46,504 bases of DNA from a virus (lineage: Duplodnaviria; Caudoviricetes): positions 1 through 46,504 of the IMG/VR virus record IMGVR_UViG_3300023095_000003. One strand, given 5' to 3'. A program made the translations under genes and the position numbers. Every line of letters begins with the position of its first letter. Position 1 is the stretch's first letter. Positions 17,760-28,400 of the stretch are shown piece after piece. The notes under the pieces are model-generated. The model saw nothing but the letters and a program-made list of their open reading frames with translations, was not told the DNA's origin and did not search any database.

Positions 17760-17783
17760 TTTCCGCAATTTGCGTTGCGGAAA
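17760..17783. other. Hairpin after the capsid gene (terminator/processing site; arms resemble operator half-sites)
   Basis: TTTCCGCAA-tttgcg-TTGCGGAAA. Confidence 0.5.
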
Positions 17784-17817
17784 TCACCGATCCGACGATT
17801 GATGTAAAGGACATCAC

Positions 17818-18255
17818 ATGATTTTCGACCGCACACTTTTATTCTCAAACGCGCAGGCGATCACTGCCGACGCTGCCTCGACCGACATTGTTGATCTGGG
17901 TGCGACTGGTACGGTTTACGGCGCGGCTGCTGCGCTGTCCCGTGATCTTGGGCGGGGCGAAAGCGTTCCTCTACTTATCCAAGTCGTGGAAAGCTTCAAC
18001 ACGCTGACAAGCCTTCGCGTTGTCGTCCAGTGTGATGACAACTCCGGCTTCTCAAGCGCCAAGGACGTGCTTGAAGTAACCCTGCCGCTTGCATCGCTTG
18101 TGGCTGGCCGCACGTTCCCAATCATCGCTGTTCCTCCTGGTGTGAATGAACGCTACATGCGCATTTATTATGATGTCATCGGCACCAATCCGACACTTGG
18201 AAAAGTTACGGCGGGCGTTGTGGCTGGCGTTCAAACTGCTGGCGTAAACTTCTAA
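17818..18255 (+). CDS. Capsid cement/decoration protein (Bbp16-like)
   Basis: MIFD..LLFS.AQAIT...RYMRIYY.V...GKVTAG. Confidence 0.9.
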   Translation: MIFDRTLLFSNAQAITADAASTDIVDLGATGTVYGAAAALSRDLGRGESVPLLIQVVESFNTLTSLRVVVQCDDNSGFSSAKDVLEVTLPLASLVAGRTFPIIAVPPGVNERYMRIYYDVIGTNPTLGKVTAGVVAGVQTAGVNF

Positions 18256-18285
18256 TAAAGCGCAAGCCGCGAAAGGAAAACTGCA

Positions 18286-18852
18286 ATGATTGAAGTAATC
18301 GCTGTTGCCAATGGATATTATGGCGGCAAGGTTCGCGTCCCTGGTGAGCGTTTTGGCATCACTGAGCCTGAACACTTCTCGATTGAGTGGATGGAAACTG
18401 AGGATAGCAAAGCACTGGCGCATGTTCGCGCGCAGGCCAAGGCGACACCCTCGGAAGACGCCACCAAGGAAGAAGCCCGCATCGTGAAGAACCGCGCTGA
18501 ACGCTATAAAGAATGGCTTGACGCGCGCAAGGAACGCGATGCTGAGCGCCCTGTGGAAACCCGCCGCGTCAACATCGGCGGCACAGACGGCGTTGTGGGT
18601 GCTGAAGTGCCAAAGAAAGGCGCGAACGTATCTGCGAAAGACAAGGTTGCTCTGGCTGAAGCCGCAACTGGCCGCAAGGTCAAGGGTGAGAAAGAAGCTG
18701 ATGATGCCTTGGACGCTATCGAGGGCGCAACTGGTTCTGACAATGATGATCGTTCACGCGATCAAGCTGTGGATCGTTCGGCTGATGCGCCAACGCCTGA
18801 TTGGGAAGCTCCTGCGGCAAAGAGCAACAAACCTCTTGCTGCTGACGACTAA
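18286..18852 (+). CDS. Hypothetical virion-associated protein
   Basis: GYYGGK...PGERF...WME N-terminal motif; low-complexity tail. Confidence 0.75.
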   Translation: MIEVIAVANGYYGGKVRVPGERFGITEPEHFSIEWMETEDSKALAHVRAQAKATPSEDATKEEARIVKNRAERYKEWLDARKERDAERPVETRRVNIGGTDGVVGAEVPKKGANVSAKDKVALAEAATGRKVKGEKEADDALDAIEGATGSDNDDRSRDQAVDRSADAPTPDWEAPAAKSNKPLAADD

Positions 18853-18897
18853 TCGAAGGCGGCTTGTGCCGTATTTTTCAAATAAAAAGGAAATAAT

Positions 18898-19197
18898 ATG
18901 AGTGAAGCTACTATCGAGAATGAAATTCAAGCTAAGGGTTTGAACGCGCCACGCCTCAACCCTGCCCACATTGACAGTATGATTGTGGATGAACAATATC
19001 ATGTGTTTGACGGCACAACTCTAACTGTTTGCGCTCTGACGCTCAAGAACGGTTTCATTGTAACCGGAGAAAGCGCGGCCGCCTCACCCGAAAACTTTGA
19101 CCAAGAAATAGGTCGTAAGATCGCGCGTGAGAACGCCCGCCAAAAGATCTGGGCGCTTGAAGGATATCTCCTTCGGGAGAAACTTTCTTCACAATAA
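18898..19197 (+). CDS. Phage Gp49/66-family protein
   Basis: TVCALTLKNGF.VTGESA.ASPENFD.EIGRKIA...WALEGYLL. Confidence 0.9.
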   Translation: MSEATIENEIQAKGLNAPRLNPAHIDSMIVDEQYHVFDGTTLTVCALTLKNGFIVTGESAAASPENFDQEIGRKIARENARQKIWALEGYLLREKLSSQ

Positions 19198-19224
19198 CAT
19201 AGTCTTCGCGCGTTAGGACACCAC

Positions 19225-19833
19225 ATGAGTTCAGCAGTCGCAATCTGTAATCTGGCCTTATCCAATATCGGGAAGGACAATATCAGTTCATTGAATGAGC
19301 CGACTGCTGAAGCGCGCGCGTGTAATCAGTTCTATGATCTCACGCGCGATTTGCTGCTGCAATCCTATCCGTGGCGGTTTGCAGGAAAGACACGCGCGCT
19401 GGCGGCTCTGGCGAACCCAGAAGCAGGCAAGTGGCAGTTTGCCTATCAGCGGCCCAACGATTGCCTCAAGGTGCTGTGGCTGCGGCCAAACTATTCGGAA
19501 GCCGATCCCTGCTTTCAGACTGAGCAAGAGGAAATGGCTAACCCGTATGAGATTGAGCAAGAAACAATCTATGCGAACCTTGACGTGGCGTTCATCCGCT
19601 ATACGTCCCGCATTGCTGATCCCTCAAAATACTCTCCGCTTTTCGTGGACGCTCTGGCGTGGCATCTGGCAACTCGACTCGCGATGCCTCTCACGCGCGA
19701 CCTGAAGCAGCGCCAAGGCGCATATGAGGTTGCCCGCGCCATGCAAGCGATGGCCGAAATGGCCGACGCGAACGAAACGCGGCATTCATCCGATCATTCG
19801 ACTGAATTTGTAACAGGGCGCTATCATGGCTGA
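19225..19833 (+). CDS. Tail tubular protein A / adaptor
   Basis: ICNLALSNIG, YPWRFA, YQRPNDCL, FVDALAWHLA. Confidence 0.9.
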   Translation: MSSAVAICNLALSNIGKDNISSLNEPTAEARACNQFYDLTRDLLLQSYPWRFAGKTRALAALANPEAGKWQFAYQRPNDCLKVLWLRPNYSEADPCFQTEQEEMANPYEIEQETIYANLDVAFIRYTSRIADPSKYSPLFVDALAWHLATRLAMPLTRDLKQRQGAYEVARAMQAMAEMADANETRHSSDHSTEFVTGRYHG

Positions 19834-20044
19834 CATTGTTTATTTACCAGTGATTACACGGCTCGATATTGATCCTGATCGTGTCTTATCACAATCATCC
19901 GGCAAGCTGGATACGGTCATTGTCGTTGGATATGACAAAGACGGGAACGAATACTTTGCATCTTCTGTGGCTGACGGCGGGACAGCGGTCTGGCTTTTGG
20001 AGCGGATGAAGCTCAAGCTCCTTCAGGAACCAGATAATGGCTGA
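19826..20044 (+). CDS. Small conserved phage protein inserted between the tail genes
   Basis: IDPDRVL...VIVVGYDKDGNEYFASS. Confidence 0.75.
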   Translation: MADIVYLPVITRLDIDPDRVLSQSSGKLDTVIVVGYDKDGNEYFASSVADGGTAVWLLERMKLKLLQEPDNG

Positions 20045-22127
20045 CATTCGCGCCTATCAACCGTCCTTCACTGCTGGCGTCTTGTCGCCTGCGTTATGGG
20101 CTAGGGTCGATATTTCTAAGTATTCTTCCGGCCTCAAAACAGGAACAAACATTTTCATCCATCCTCACGGCGGCGCGTCAAACCGTCCAGGGTTTGAGTT
20201 TGTCCGCGAGGTCAAGAACAGCTCGCATAATGTCCGGCTGATCCCGTTTCAGTTTAACACTGAGCAGTCATACATTCTCGAATTTGGCGATGAATATTTC
20301 CGCGTGTTCCGCGACGCGGGCCTGATCGTGTCAGGCGGCTTGCCGTATGAGGTTACAACACCTTACGCGCATGAGCATGTAAGCGAATTGGTGTATGTGC
20401 AAGAAGCGGATGTGATGTATATCACGCATCCGCTGTATCCTGTTCACAAGCTCTCGCGCCTCGCTGATGACAATTGGACGCTCACACTGGTGACGTTCGC
20501 CCCGAAAATCCTGCCGCCCGCTTCAATCTCGGTGACAAAGCCTGGCGATACGTCCGGCGAAACGGGTTATGATCCTACGGTCTATCGCTACAAGGTTTCC
20601 GCGGTGGATGATGAGACCGGCGAAGAAAGTGTCCCCTCTGTTTCCGGCTCCGTCACAAATGATTTGTCCATCGACGGCGGCATCAATCGCGTGACATGGC
20701 CTGCTGTGACAGGGGCATCACGATATATCGTCTACAAAGAAGACAACGGCGTTTACGGCTATATCGGCGGAACTGAGGCCCTGACGTTCGATGATGAGAA
20801 CATTGTTGCCGACTTGGCAGACACGCCACAGACCGCTCGCAATCCATTTGTGGGTACGGGCAATTATCCGCGATGCGTGACATTCGTTGAGCAGCGGCTT
20901 GCGTTTGCATCCACGATTAATGAACCACAGGCGGTCTGGCTTTCTCAATCGGCCAATTACGAAAACTTCGGCTATTCGTCGCCTTCCAAGGCCAGTGATG
21001 CGGTGACATTCCGCATCCGTGCCAGGCAAGTGAATGAAATCCGCTCGATGCTTTCCCTGCGCGGGATGATGATCCTGACATCGGGCGCTGAATGGATCGT
21101 GTCAGGTGGATCGCAATCGGACGCGATCACGCCTTCGTCGGTCAAGATCGACAATCAAGGTTATCGCGGGTCGGCCAAAGTTCAGCCCGTTGTCGTTGGC
21201 AACACCGTTTTGTTTGCGCAAAACCGTGGCGGCGTGGTTCGTGATTTCAGCTATACCTTCGCGGAAGACAGTTTCGTTGGCCGCGACCTGACGATCATGG
21301 CGCGGCACTTCTTTGAGAACAGGGAAATCAGCGCGTGGGGATATGCGCAAGCTCCGTATTCGATGGCGTGGACGGCGCTTGATGATGGCTCATTGGTGTC
21401 GCTCACCTACATGAAAGAACACGAAGTCTGGGCGTGGACGGCGCACGATAGCTCTGGCGCTCTATTTGAAGACGTGGCTGTGATTGCTGAGGGTCGGGAA
21501 GACGTTCCATATTTCGTCGCACAGCGCACGATCAACGGCCAGCAAGTGCGGTATATCGAACGGCTGCACACGCGGAACATGCCAACGGTGAGTGATGCGT
21601 TTTTCGTGGATAGCGGACTGACATACTCTGGCGCTCCGGTGTCTGTGATTAACGCGCTCGATCACTTGGAAGGCGAGGACGTTATTGCCTTGGCTGACGG
21701 GAATGTGGTGCGCAATCTCACTGTATCCGGTGGCTCGGTGACGCTCCCGAACGCGGCTGCAAAAGTGCATATTGGCTTGCCGATGGTGGCGAGTATGCAG
21801 ACGCTTGATCTGGATATGGGGCAAGTCAGCGGCCTCGGCACGGTTCAGGGGCGGCAAAAGTCGATCAGCGAATTGACGATGCGGGTTGAACAAACGCGCG
21901 GAATATTCATCGGGCCGCATGACGGTGACAGGGATAGCCCGAAGCTGGTGGAATACAAGCAACGCTCAACAGAGGCGTGGAATGAAGCGATCCAGCTCTA
22001 TACGGGCGATATTCGGATCACGCCACAATGGGACTGGACAAATGGCGGCAACATGTGGATCAAACAATTCGATCCGCTGCCGTTCACAATTCTCGCGGTG
22101 ATGCCAGACGTGAGCCTGGGAAGGTAG
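20037..22127 (+). CDS. Tail tubular protein B / nozzle
   Basis: QPSFTAGVLSP, RLIPFQF, YPRCVTFVEQRL, PLPFTILAV. Confidence 0.92.
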   Translation: MADIRAYQPSFTAGVLSPALWARVDISKYSSGLKTGTNIFIHPHGGASNRPGFEFVREVKNSSHNVRLIPFQFNTEQSYILEFGDEYFRVFRDAGLIVSGGLPYEVTTPYAHEHVSELVYVQEADVMYITHPLYPVHKLSRLADDNWTLTLVTFAPKILPPASISVTKPGDTSGETGYDPTVYRYKVSAVDDETGEESVPSVSGSVTNDLSIDGGINRVTWPAVTGASRYIVYKEDNGVYGYIGGTEALTFDDENIVADLADTPQTARNPFVGTGNYPRCVTFVEQRLAFASTINEPQAVWLSQSANYENFGYSSPSKASDAVTFRIRARQVNEIRSMLSLRGMMILTSGAEWIVSGGSQSDAITPSSVKIDNQGYRGSAKVQPVVVGNTVLFAQNRGGVVRDFSYTFAEDSFVGRDLTIMARHFFENREISAWGYAQAPYSMAWTALDDGSLVSLTYMKEHEVWAWTAHDSSGALFEDVAVIAEGREDVPYFVAQRTINGQQVRYIERLHTRNMPTVSDAFFVDSGLTYSGAPVSVINALDHLEGEDVIALADGNVVRNLTVSGGSVTLPNAAAKVHIGLPMVASMQTLDLDMGQVSGLGTVQGRQKSISELTMRVEQTRGIFIGPHDGDRDSPKLVEYKQRSTEAWNEAIQLYTGDIRITPQWDWTNGGNMWIKQFDPLPFTILAVMPDVSLGR

Positions 22128-22138
22128 GGGGTGCTGGT

Positions 22139-22693
22139 TTGGAAGTTGATATTAAAATCGTTCCGGCTCTGCCTGAGCATATCGATCATATCGCTGCGCA
22201 CATGCGCCAAGCTGACATAAACGAAATCGCGGCTGGCTCCGGTCAGTCTCCTCGGGAAGCATTAGAAAGCTCACTGGATAAATCATCATTCGCGCGGACG
22301 GCTCTTGTGAATGGCGTTCCGGTCGTGATGTTCGGCGTGGGTGACATCAACGTGCTTGCCGGTCTTGGCGGGCCTTGGCTGCTTGGTACGGATGACGTGG
22401 AAAAACACTTCGTTGCGTTCCTGCGTGGATCGGTGAAGTGGCGAAATCAACTATTGGAGAGGTATGACATACTGCTGAATGTTGTTGACGCTCGAAACAA
22501 GGCTTCTCTCCGGTGGCTCCGGTGGCTTGGCTTTAAGTTCTCCGATCCAATCAATATTCGCGGTCATGACTTTTATATATTCGAATTGAGGTCTGCGGAT
22601 GTGCGATCTGACACTGGCATTAACGCTCGGTTCAACTCTGCTCGGCGCGGCAGGGCAGATGCAGCAGGCGAATGCGACGGCGGCGGCGTCTAA
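22139..22693 (+). CDS. Virion GNAT-like acetyltransferase (T7 gp13-like)
   Basis: MRQADINE, PWLLGT, NVVDARNKASLRWLRWLGF; TTG start inferred. Confidence 0.8.
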   Translation: MEVDIKIVPALPEHIDHIAAHMRQADINEIAAGSGQSPREALESSLDKSSFARTALVNGVPVVMFGVGDINVLAGLGGPWLLGTDDVEKHFVAFLRGSVKWRNQLLERYDILLNVVDARNKASLRWLRWLGFKFSDPINIRGHDFYIFELRSADVRSDTGINARFNSARRGRADAAGECDGGGV

Positions 22694-23114
22694 TTACAAC
22701 GCGCAGGTTCAGGAAATGAACGCTCAAATTAGTGAGCGGCGTGCCAAGGATGCGATTGAACGCGGTGCGTTAGAAGAGCAGCGCAAGCGGCAAGAGGTCG
22801 CGCAAATCCAAGGGCGGCAACAGGTGGCTATGGCCGCGAACGGCGTTGATCTGGGCTTCGGCTCTCCGCTGGATACGCTTGTTGATACTGCTGTTCTTGG
22901 CGAATTGGACGCGCTTACGATCCGCTCAAACACTTACCGAGAGGCATACGATCAGCGCGTACAGGCCGCAAACCAAAGGGCAGGGGCGCAATTGAGCCTT
23001 GCTGAAGGAAAGGCCGCAAAAACTGGCGGCTGGCTTGGCGCTGCTGGAACGATCCTGACAGGCGCGGGCAAAGGGTATTCGTCATATAAAGCTGGAATTG
23101 GCAGGATTGCATAA
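22599..23114 (+). CDS. Internal virion/ejection protein (T7 gp14-like)
   Basis: MCD start; G.Q...AANGVDL..GSPLD. Confidence 0.85.
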   Translation: MCDLTLALTLGSTLLGAAGQMQQANATAAASNYNAQVQEMNAQISERRAKDAIERGALEEQRKRQEVAQIQGRQQVAMAANGVDLGFGSPLDTLVDTAVLGELDALTIRSNTYREAYDQRVQAANQRAGAQLSLAEGKAAKTGGWLGAAGTILTGAGKGYSSYKAGIGRIA

Positions 23115-25486
23115 TGGTGCAGGTTCCCACATACACGCGCGACGTTTCTTTAAGGCCAGCGTTTCAATCTGAGAACACGGTTCGCGCATCACCGCAAGCG
23201 TTTGGCTCTGACATCGGGCGCGGGATGCAGCAGGCGGCGCAAGGTCTTGCCAATGTAGGCGAAGCGTTTGCGCAGGTGCAGGCGCTTGAGGATGAGACGC
23301 GCACTAAGGAAGCCGAAAACACATATGCCGCAAAGTTGCGCGAACGTCAGTATGGCGAAAATGGATACATGACGCTTTCCGGCAAGGCCGCTGTTGATGG
23401 CCGCGCTGCGTTCGAGCGTGATGCTGAAGAGATGAAAAAGGAAATCGCTGCGGGTCTTACACCAAGTGCGGCTCGTCTTTTTGACAGGGCGGCAGGCGCT
23501 CGATTGCAGCAGACGTTGCAGAGTTCGATTATCCACGCTGCGAACGGTCGTAAACAATGGGTAGCTGAAGCATCGGCAGCACGGCTCGACACGTTCGCTG
23601 AGGATGCCGTTGCGGCATTCAATGATCCGAAAAAAATTGATTTTAACATTGCTGCGGGGCAGGCGGAAATTCGTCAGCAGGCGCAGTTGCAGGGGTGGGA
23701 CAAGGACACGCTGGCAAACCGTGAAAAGGAATATATTTCGCAGGTTCGCTATAATACGGCGCTTCGCATGGTGTCTGATGATCCTGTGAAAGCGCGCGCG
23801 TATTTTGATCAGCACAAGGATCAATTCACAGGGCCGCACCAGTTCAAGTTCGATGAGGCGATCCGTGTTCCATTGATGAATGAGAATGTGAAGCGGAATA
23901 CCGCGCGTTTTTATGAGGGCGGCGGAGCGGTTTCTGATGGCGGTGGGACAGGTTCCCCTTCTGCCGGTGCTGATTATTACCGCGCAATCCGCACAGCGGA
24001 AAGCGGCGGCAATGACAGCGCGAAAAATCCTCGCTCAACGGCAACGGGTCGGTATCAGTTTATCGCAAGCACTTGGAGCGAATTAGCACGCCAGCGTCCC
24101 GATCTTAGCCTGACAAGTGACGGCAGGCTTGATCCCGCACAGCAAGAGCGTGCAATCAAAGCTTTCACTGAGAACAATGCAAAAACACTCTCTGGTTCTG
24201 GAATTGTGGTCACGAATGGTTCTCTTTATGCGGCTCACTTCCTCGGATCATTTGGCGCTGTTCGCGCTTTACGCGCTCCGTCTACGGCAATGATGCGTGA
24301 CGTTGTGTCTCCTGGGACTGTGGAAGCAAATCCATTTCTTGCGAATATGACTGTTGGTCAGTTCACTGCATGGGCAGAACGCAAGGGCGGTGGGGCGGGC
24401 GCTGCCCCTGCTCCTGCTTCGGGTGGATACAGCACTGTTGAACCTTTCTTGGCAACTATCAAAGACCCTGTTGAGCGTGAAATGACACGCAAGTCCATAT
24501 ATGCATCGATGGAAGCGCGTTCAAAAGCGCAAGCCGAACAGCAAAAGGCCGTCCAGTCAAAGGCATTCAACCTGATTGAAACGCAGAATATCAGCCCGTT
24601 CAGCCTTCCCGCTGAAATCACAACGCAAATCGGCATGGAAAACATGTCGCAGTTGATGACGTATTGGGAGAAAAAGCAGTCTGGCAAACAGTCGCAATCA
24701 TCGCCTGAGTTGATGTATCAATTGCAACAAGAGGCGGCTGTTAATCCTGACATGTTTACCCAAAGAAACTTGTTGGACAATATCAACAATCTGTCGAAGG
24801 AAGATTTCAAAGCTCTCTCTGAGAAACAATCGTCACTGTTGTCTGGAAGCCGTAAGGCGCGGGAGGAAGGGAAGACTGTTGCTGATGCTATGACGCAGGC
24901 GAAAGTTCAACTCAATAGCGTTGGTATCGGGTTGGATCGCGGCGACGAAACAGCGAAAGCCGAAAGCGCCCGTCTTGAAGCCATGTTCCAAAACTCACTT
25001 GCTGCTGAAATTGAAGCCTTCCGCGCGCGTGAAAAGCGTGAGCCGATCTATCAGGAAACACAGTCAATCATTAACAGGCTGCTCCGGCCTTTGGTTGTGA
25101 AAGAACCTTCGTGGTCGGTTAATCCGTTCTCTGGCTTCTCCGGCACAAGCGACACGGAAGGCCGCATGTTCCAATTCCGTGAGCTTGGTATCGGGAAGAC
25201 GGGTGACAAGACAGTTGAACTGAACGTTGAGTACAAAGACATTCCGTTAGATCAGCGCATTCAAATAGAGGCCGATCTAAAGGCCAAAAACAGTGGCCGC
25301 GCCCCTTCATCCGATGAAGTTGTAACGGTGTATGAAAAAAGATTGATGGTCGATGACCAGTATGAACAGATACCTATCAAAGAGAGGGTTTTCATCGAGT
25401 ATAATCTTCTCGCAAAGAATGGTCGCAAGTCTAGCAAGGATGAAGTGCTTGAAATGTACCAATCATATTTGAAGAATAGGAAATAA
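23114..25486 (+). CDS. Ejection protein with lytic transglycosylase domain
   Basis: AESGGN...ATGRYQF..STW...LYAAHFLG. Confidence 0.85.
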   Translation: MVQVPTYTRDVSLRPAFQSENTVRASPQAFGSDIGRGMQQAAQGLANVGEAFAQVQALEDETRTKEAENTYAAKLRERQYGENGYMTLSGKAAVDGRAAFERDAEEMKKEIAAGLTPSAARLFDRAAGARLQQTLQSSIIHAANGRKQWVAEASAARLDTFAEDAVAAFNDPKKIDFNIAAGQAEIRQQAQLQGWDKDTLANREKEYISQVRYNTALRMVSDDPVKARAYFDQHKDQFTGPHQFKFDEAIRVPLMNENVKRNTARFYEGGGAVSDGGGTGSPSAGADYYRAIRTAESGGNDSAKNPRSTATGRYQFIASTWSELARQRPDLSLTSDGRLDPAQQERAIKAFTENNAKTLSGSGIVVTNGSLYAAHFLGSFGAVRALRAPSTAMMRDVVSPGTVEANPFLANMTVGQFTAWAERKGGGAGAAPAPASGGYSTVEPFLATIKDPVEREMTRKSIYASMEARSKAQAEQQKAVQSKAFNLIETQNISPFSLPAEITTQIGMENMSQLMTYWEKKQSGKQSQSSPELMYQLQQEAAVNPDMFTQRNLLDNINNLSKEDFKALSEKQSSLLSGSRKAREEGKTVADAMTQAKVQLNSVGIGLDRGDETAKAESARLEAMFQNSLAAEIEAFRAREKREPIYQETQSIINRLLRPLVVKEPSWSVNPFSGFSGTSDTEGRMFQFRELGIGKTGDKTVELNVEYKDIPLDQRIQIEADLKAKNSGRAPSSDEVVTVYEKRLMVDDQYEQIPIKERVFIEYNLLAKNGRKSSKDEVLEMYQSYLKNRK

Positions 25487-25488
25487 CC

Positions 25489-28400
25489 GTGGTTGAAACA
25501 ATCTCTGATTTCTTACAGCGTCAAGCGAATGAACAGCAACAATCCACGGTGGGCGCGGCGAATATCGTGCTTGGGTCGGTCGAACAGAAGCCGGACGATC
25601 TGGCTGGCGATCTCCTGCTGGCGAAGGAATACAACAAGACGACTGGCAACCCTGTTCCGCCTGCGCCTATGGTCAGCGAATATCGGAATGTGTTTCAGGA
25701 GGAAATACGGAGACAGAGGGATGCTTCGCTTCTGTCTGGTTCCGTCAATTTATCTAAATGGCTTCTCAATCCTGAAAACGCCACGCTTGCTAAGGATGAT
25801 TTGCAAGCCTTGTCGTTCTGGGATGGCATACCAGGCGCGTTTGAGCGGTTCGGCTTGAAGCTCCCACAAGCTTATAATCAATGGATGGCGGCGGGTGCGG
25901 CTGAACGGGGAGCGGATCAAGCGCGTTCGTTTGGTGAGATTTACGGCGATGAGCGTTCGCGCCTCATGTTTGACTTTGGGCCGCTCGGAAACTCACGCCT
26001 GATTGATACGGCTATCGGCCCGATTACGGATGCTGTGGGTGCTGGATCGCGTTTTCTTACGTCCCGTCTTGCTGGCCTTGTCAGCGGCGATCAACAGCAG
26101 TCTGCTCAGTATTATCAGCAGCAGGCGGGTATTATAGGCAAGCAAATTGCCTCCATTCCGATTGTCGGCGCTGGTTCGCGCTACCAAGAAGAGTATGCGA
26201 AATTCAAGCCATCGGGTGACATCACGGCTGATTTGGGGAATTTCTTCTCTGGCATTGCGAAAGACCCTGAAGGTTTTGCGTCATTTGCGGCACAGGTTGT
26301 TGCTGAAAGTCTTCCGACGATGGCAACGGCTCTTGGTGTTACGGCGGTAACGCGAAGCCCTGCTGCGGGCGCTGCGGTGAGTGGTGGTCTGTCCTATACT
26401 GCTGAAGCAGGTTCGGCCACAGTCGATTTCTTCAAGGAAAAGGGGCTGGACATCTCCACGCCTGAAGGCGCGGCACAGGCTATTCAAACGCCTGGCTTGA
26501 TGCGTGAGGCAGTGGACAAGGGTTTTGCGCGTGGGCTTCCTATTGCTTTGATGGATGGACTGTCGCTCGGAATGGCAGGCCAGGCGCTCGCTAAAAATCC
26601 ATTGGCGAACGTGATGTTGCAATCCGTGATGCAAGCCGCCTTCGGCTCTGCGGGTGAGGCTGCGGGGCAGGTGGCATCTGGCCAGCAATTGAATATTGCA
26701 GATATTGCTCTGGAAGGACTTCTTGAATTTTCAACCGCTCCTATCGAGGTTGGTGGCGTTGGCTTGACAAAGTTCCGTGAGAACAGGGCGAAGGCGCAGG
26801 ATGCCGAAGCCCGCGTTTCGCTGTTTAAAGAATTGTCAGGGCAGTCTGTTAATTCAGCTTTGCGCAACCGGATGCCTGATCGGTTCCGCGACTTCGTGGA
26901 ACGCGCAACGGAAAACGGGCCGGTCGAAAACCTGTTCATCCCTGCGCAGGATTTCATATCGTATTTTCAGGGCATTGGAGAAGACCCTTATAAGATTGTC
27001 GATATGCTTGAAGGCGTAACCAGAGAAGACCTTGAGCTTGCGAAGGCTGGTGATGTTGACCTGCAAATACCAACAGCGACTTATGCGGCAAAACTTGCTG
27101 GATCAGAGCATGATGCGTTCTTCATGGAGAACATGAAATTTGATCCGCAAGAAATGACGGCGCGGCAAGCGAGGGATTTTAACGAGATAAAAGAAGACGC
27201 ACTGCAAGAGGCGTTCGATCAAGCCGAGCAAGAGCGTCTTGAGGCCGAACAATGGCGCTCATACGAAGAAGATATTTACGACACGATTGTGTCCCGCGCT
27301 CGGCAAGCTGGACGATCAACTGATGAGGCCACTGCTGCGGCTGCTTTGTATGTCGCCAATTACCGGACGGCTGCGGCTGATGATGACATGACGCTCGAAG
27401 AATACATGCGCGCGTATCCTCTGCCTGAAATCGCGGGTGCAATTCCTGAAGGCATGAAGTTGAAGGACGTGGACAGTTTCACGCGGACGCTGGCTGAGGC
27501 AAGACGGCGAAAATCTGCGCCTGTGCGCAAATCAAGCATACTGGAGTTCATTTCCGATTACGGCGGCGTGAACGATCCAGGCGGTGACATTCGCTCCATT
27601 CTGGACGGGAAAGAGATTAAGCGTGGGCGCGGAAAGAAAACGCTCAGGATCGTGCGTGAAGCTGATAGTGCACAAGGTTCGATGCTTGGCAGAGACGATG
27701 CCGGTAAACGGTTCGGCGTGGATGACATTGCACAGGCCGCGATTGAAGCGGGACTTATGGCTGATGATCCAATTGTGCAGGAATACCAGAACGCAATGCG
27801 TGAAGGCCGCGAAGTGCCAGACATCACGCGGGCGCTGCTGAACGCGATTGAGAATGAAGCGCGCGGCGGCGTCACTACAAGCACGATGGATGATCCTGAC
27901 GCGATTGCGCGTGAAGAATTTTTCGACAAGCTGGAAGCAGAGCTTGATCGGATTGGCGTATCTCTTGACGATGATGATGCAGCGATCCGCGCGGCCTATG
28001 AGCGCGATGAAGCCGAGCGCGGGCAGATGTATGGGCAAGTCTCGCCAGATCAGGCGCGCTCGATTGATATGGCGGTCGAAATGCCATCCGATCCGCTGTT
28101 TGCTGAGGCTGTAGCGAATACCAAGGGCGCGTCGATCACTGATGACGGCCTGCTGATTGATCTCGTAAGGTATCAGAAGGAAGAACAGGAAGGCGCAACA
28201 TCGGTTCGGACGGGAGTTTTTTATCTTCCAGTCGGATCGCCAAACGCGAAATATTACAAAGGAAAAGGATCTCTCGGCGGCGCATACGGCGGGGCTGTTG
28301 AGGCGCGCGGCGAAACCATTCTGAAGCGGCCTTTGTTCGTAAAAGGAGCTACGGGCGGAAAGGCTCCTGAAGCTGCGTGGGATGCACTTAAGGGCAAGGG

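Noticed and set aside
22599-22693. 95-nt overlap of the GNAT and ejection genes as a recoding signal
   Set aside because: No slippery site seen; the extension looks like a simple run-on tail
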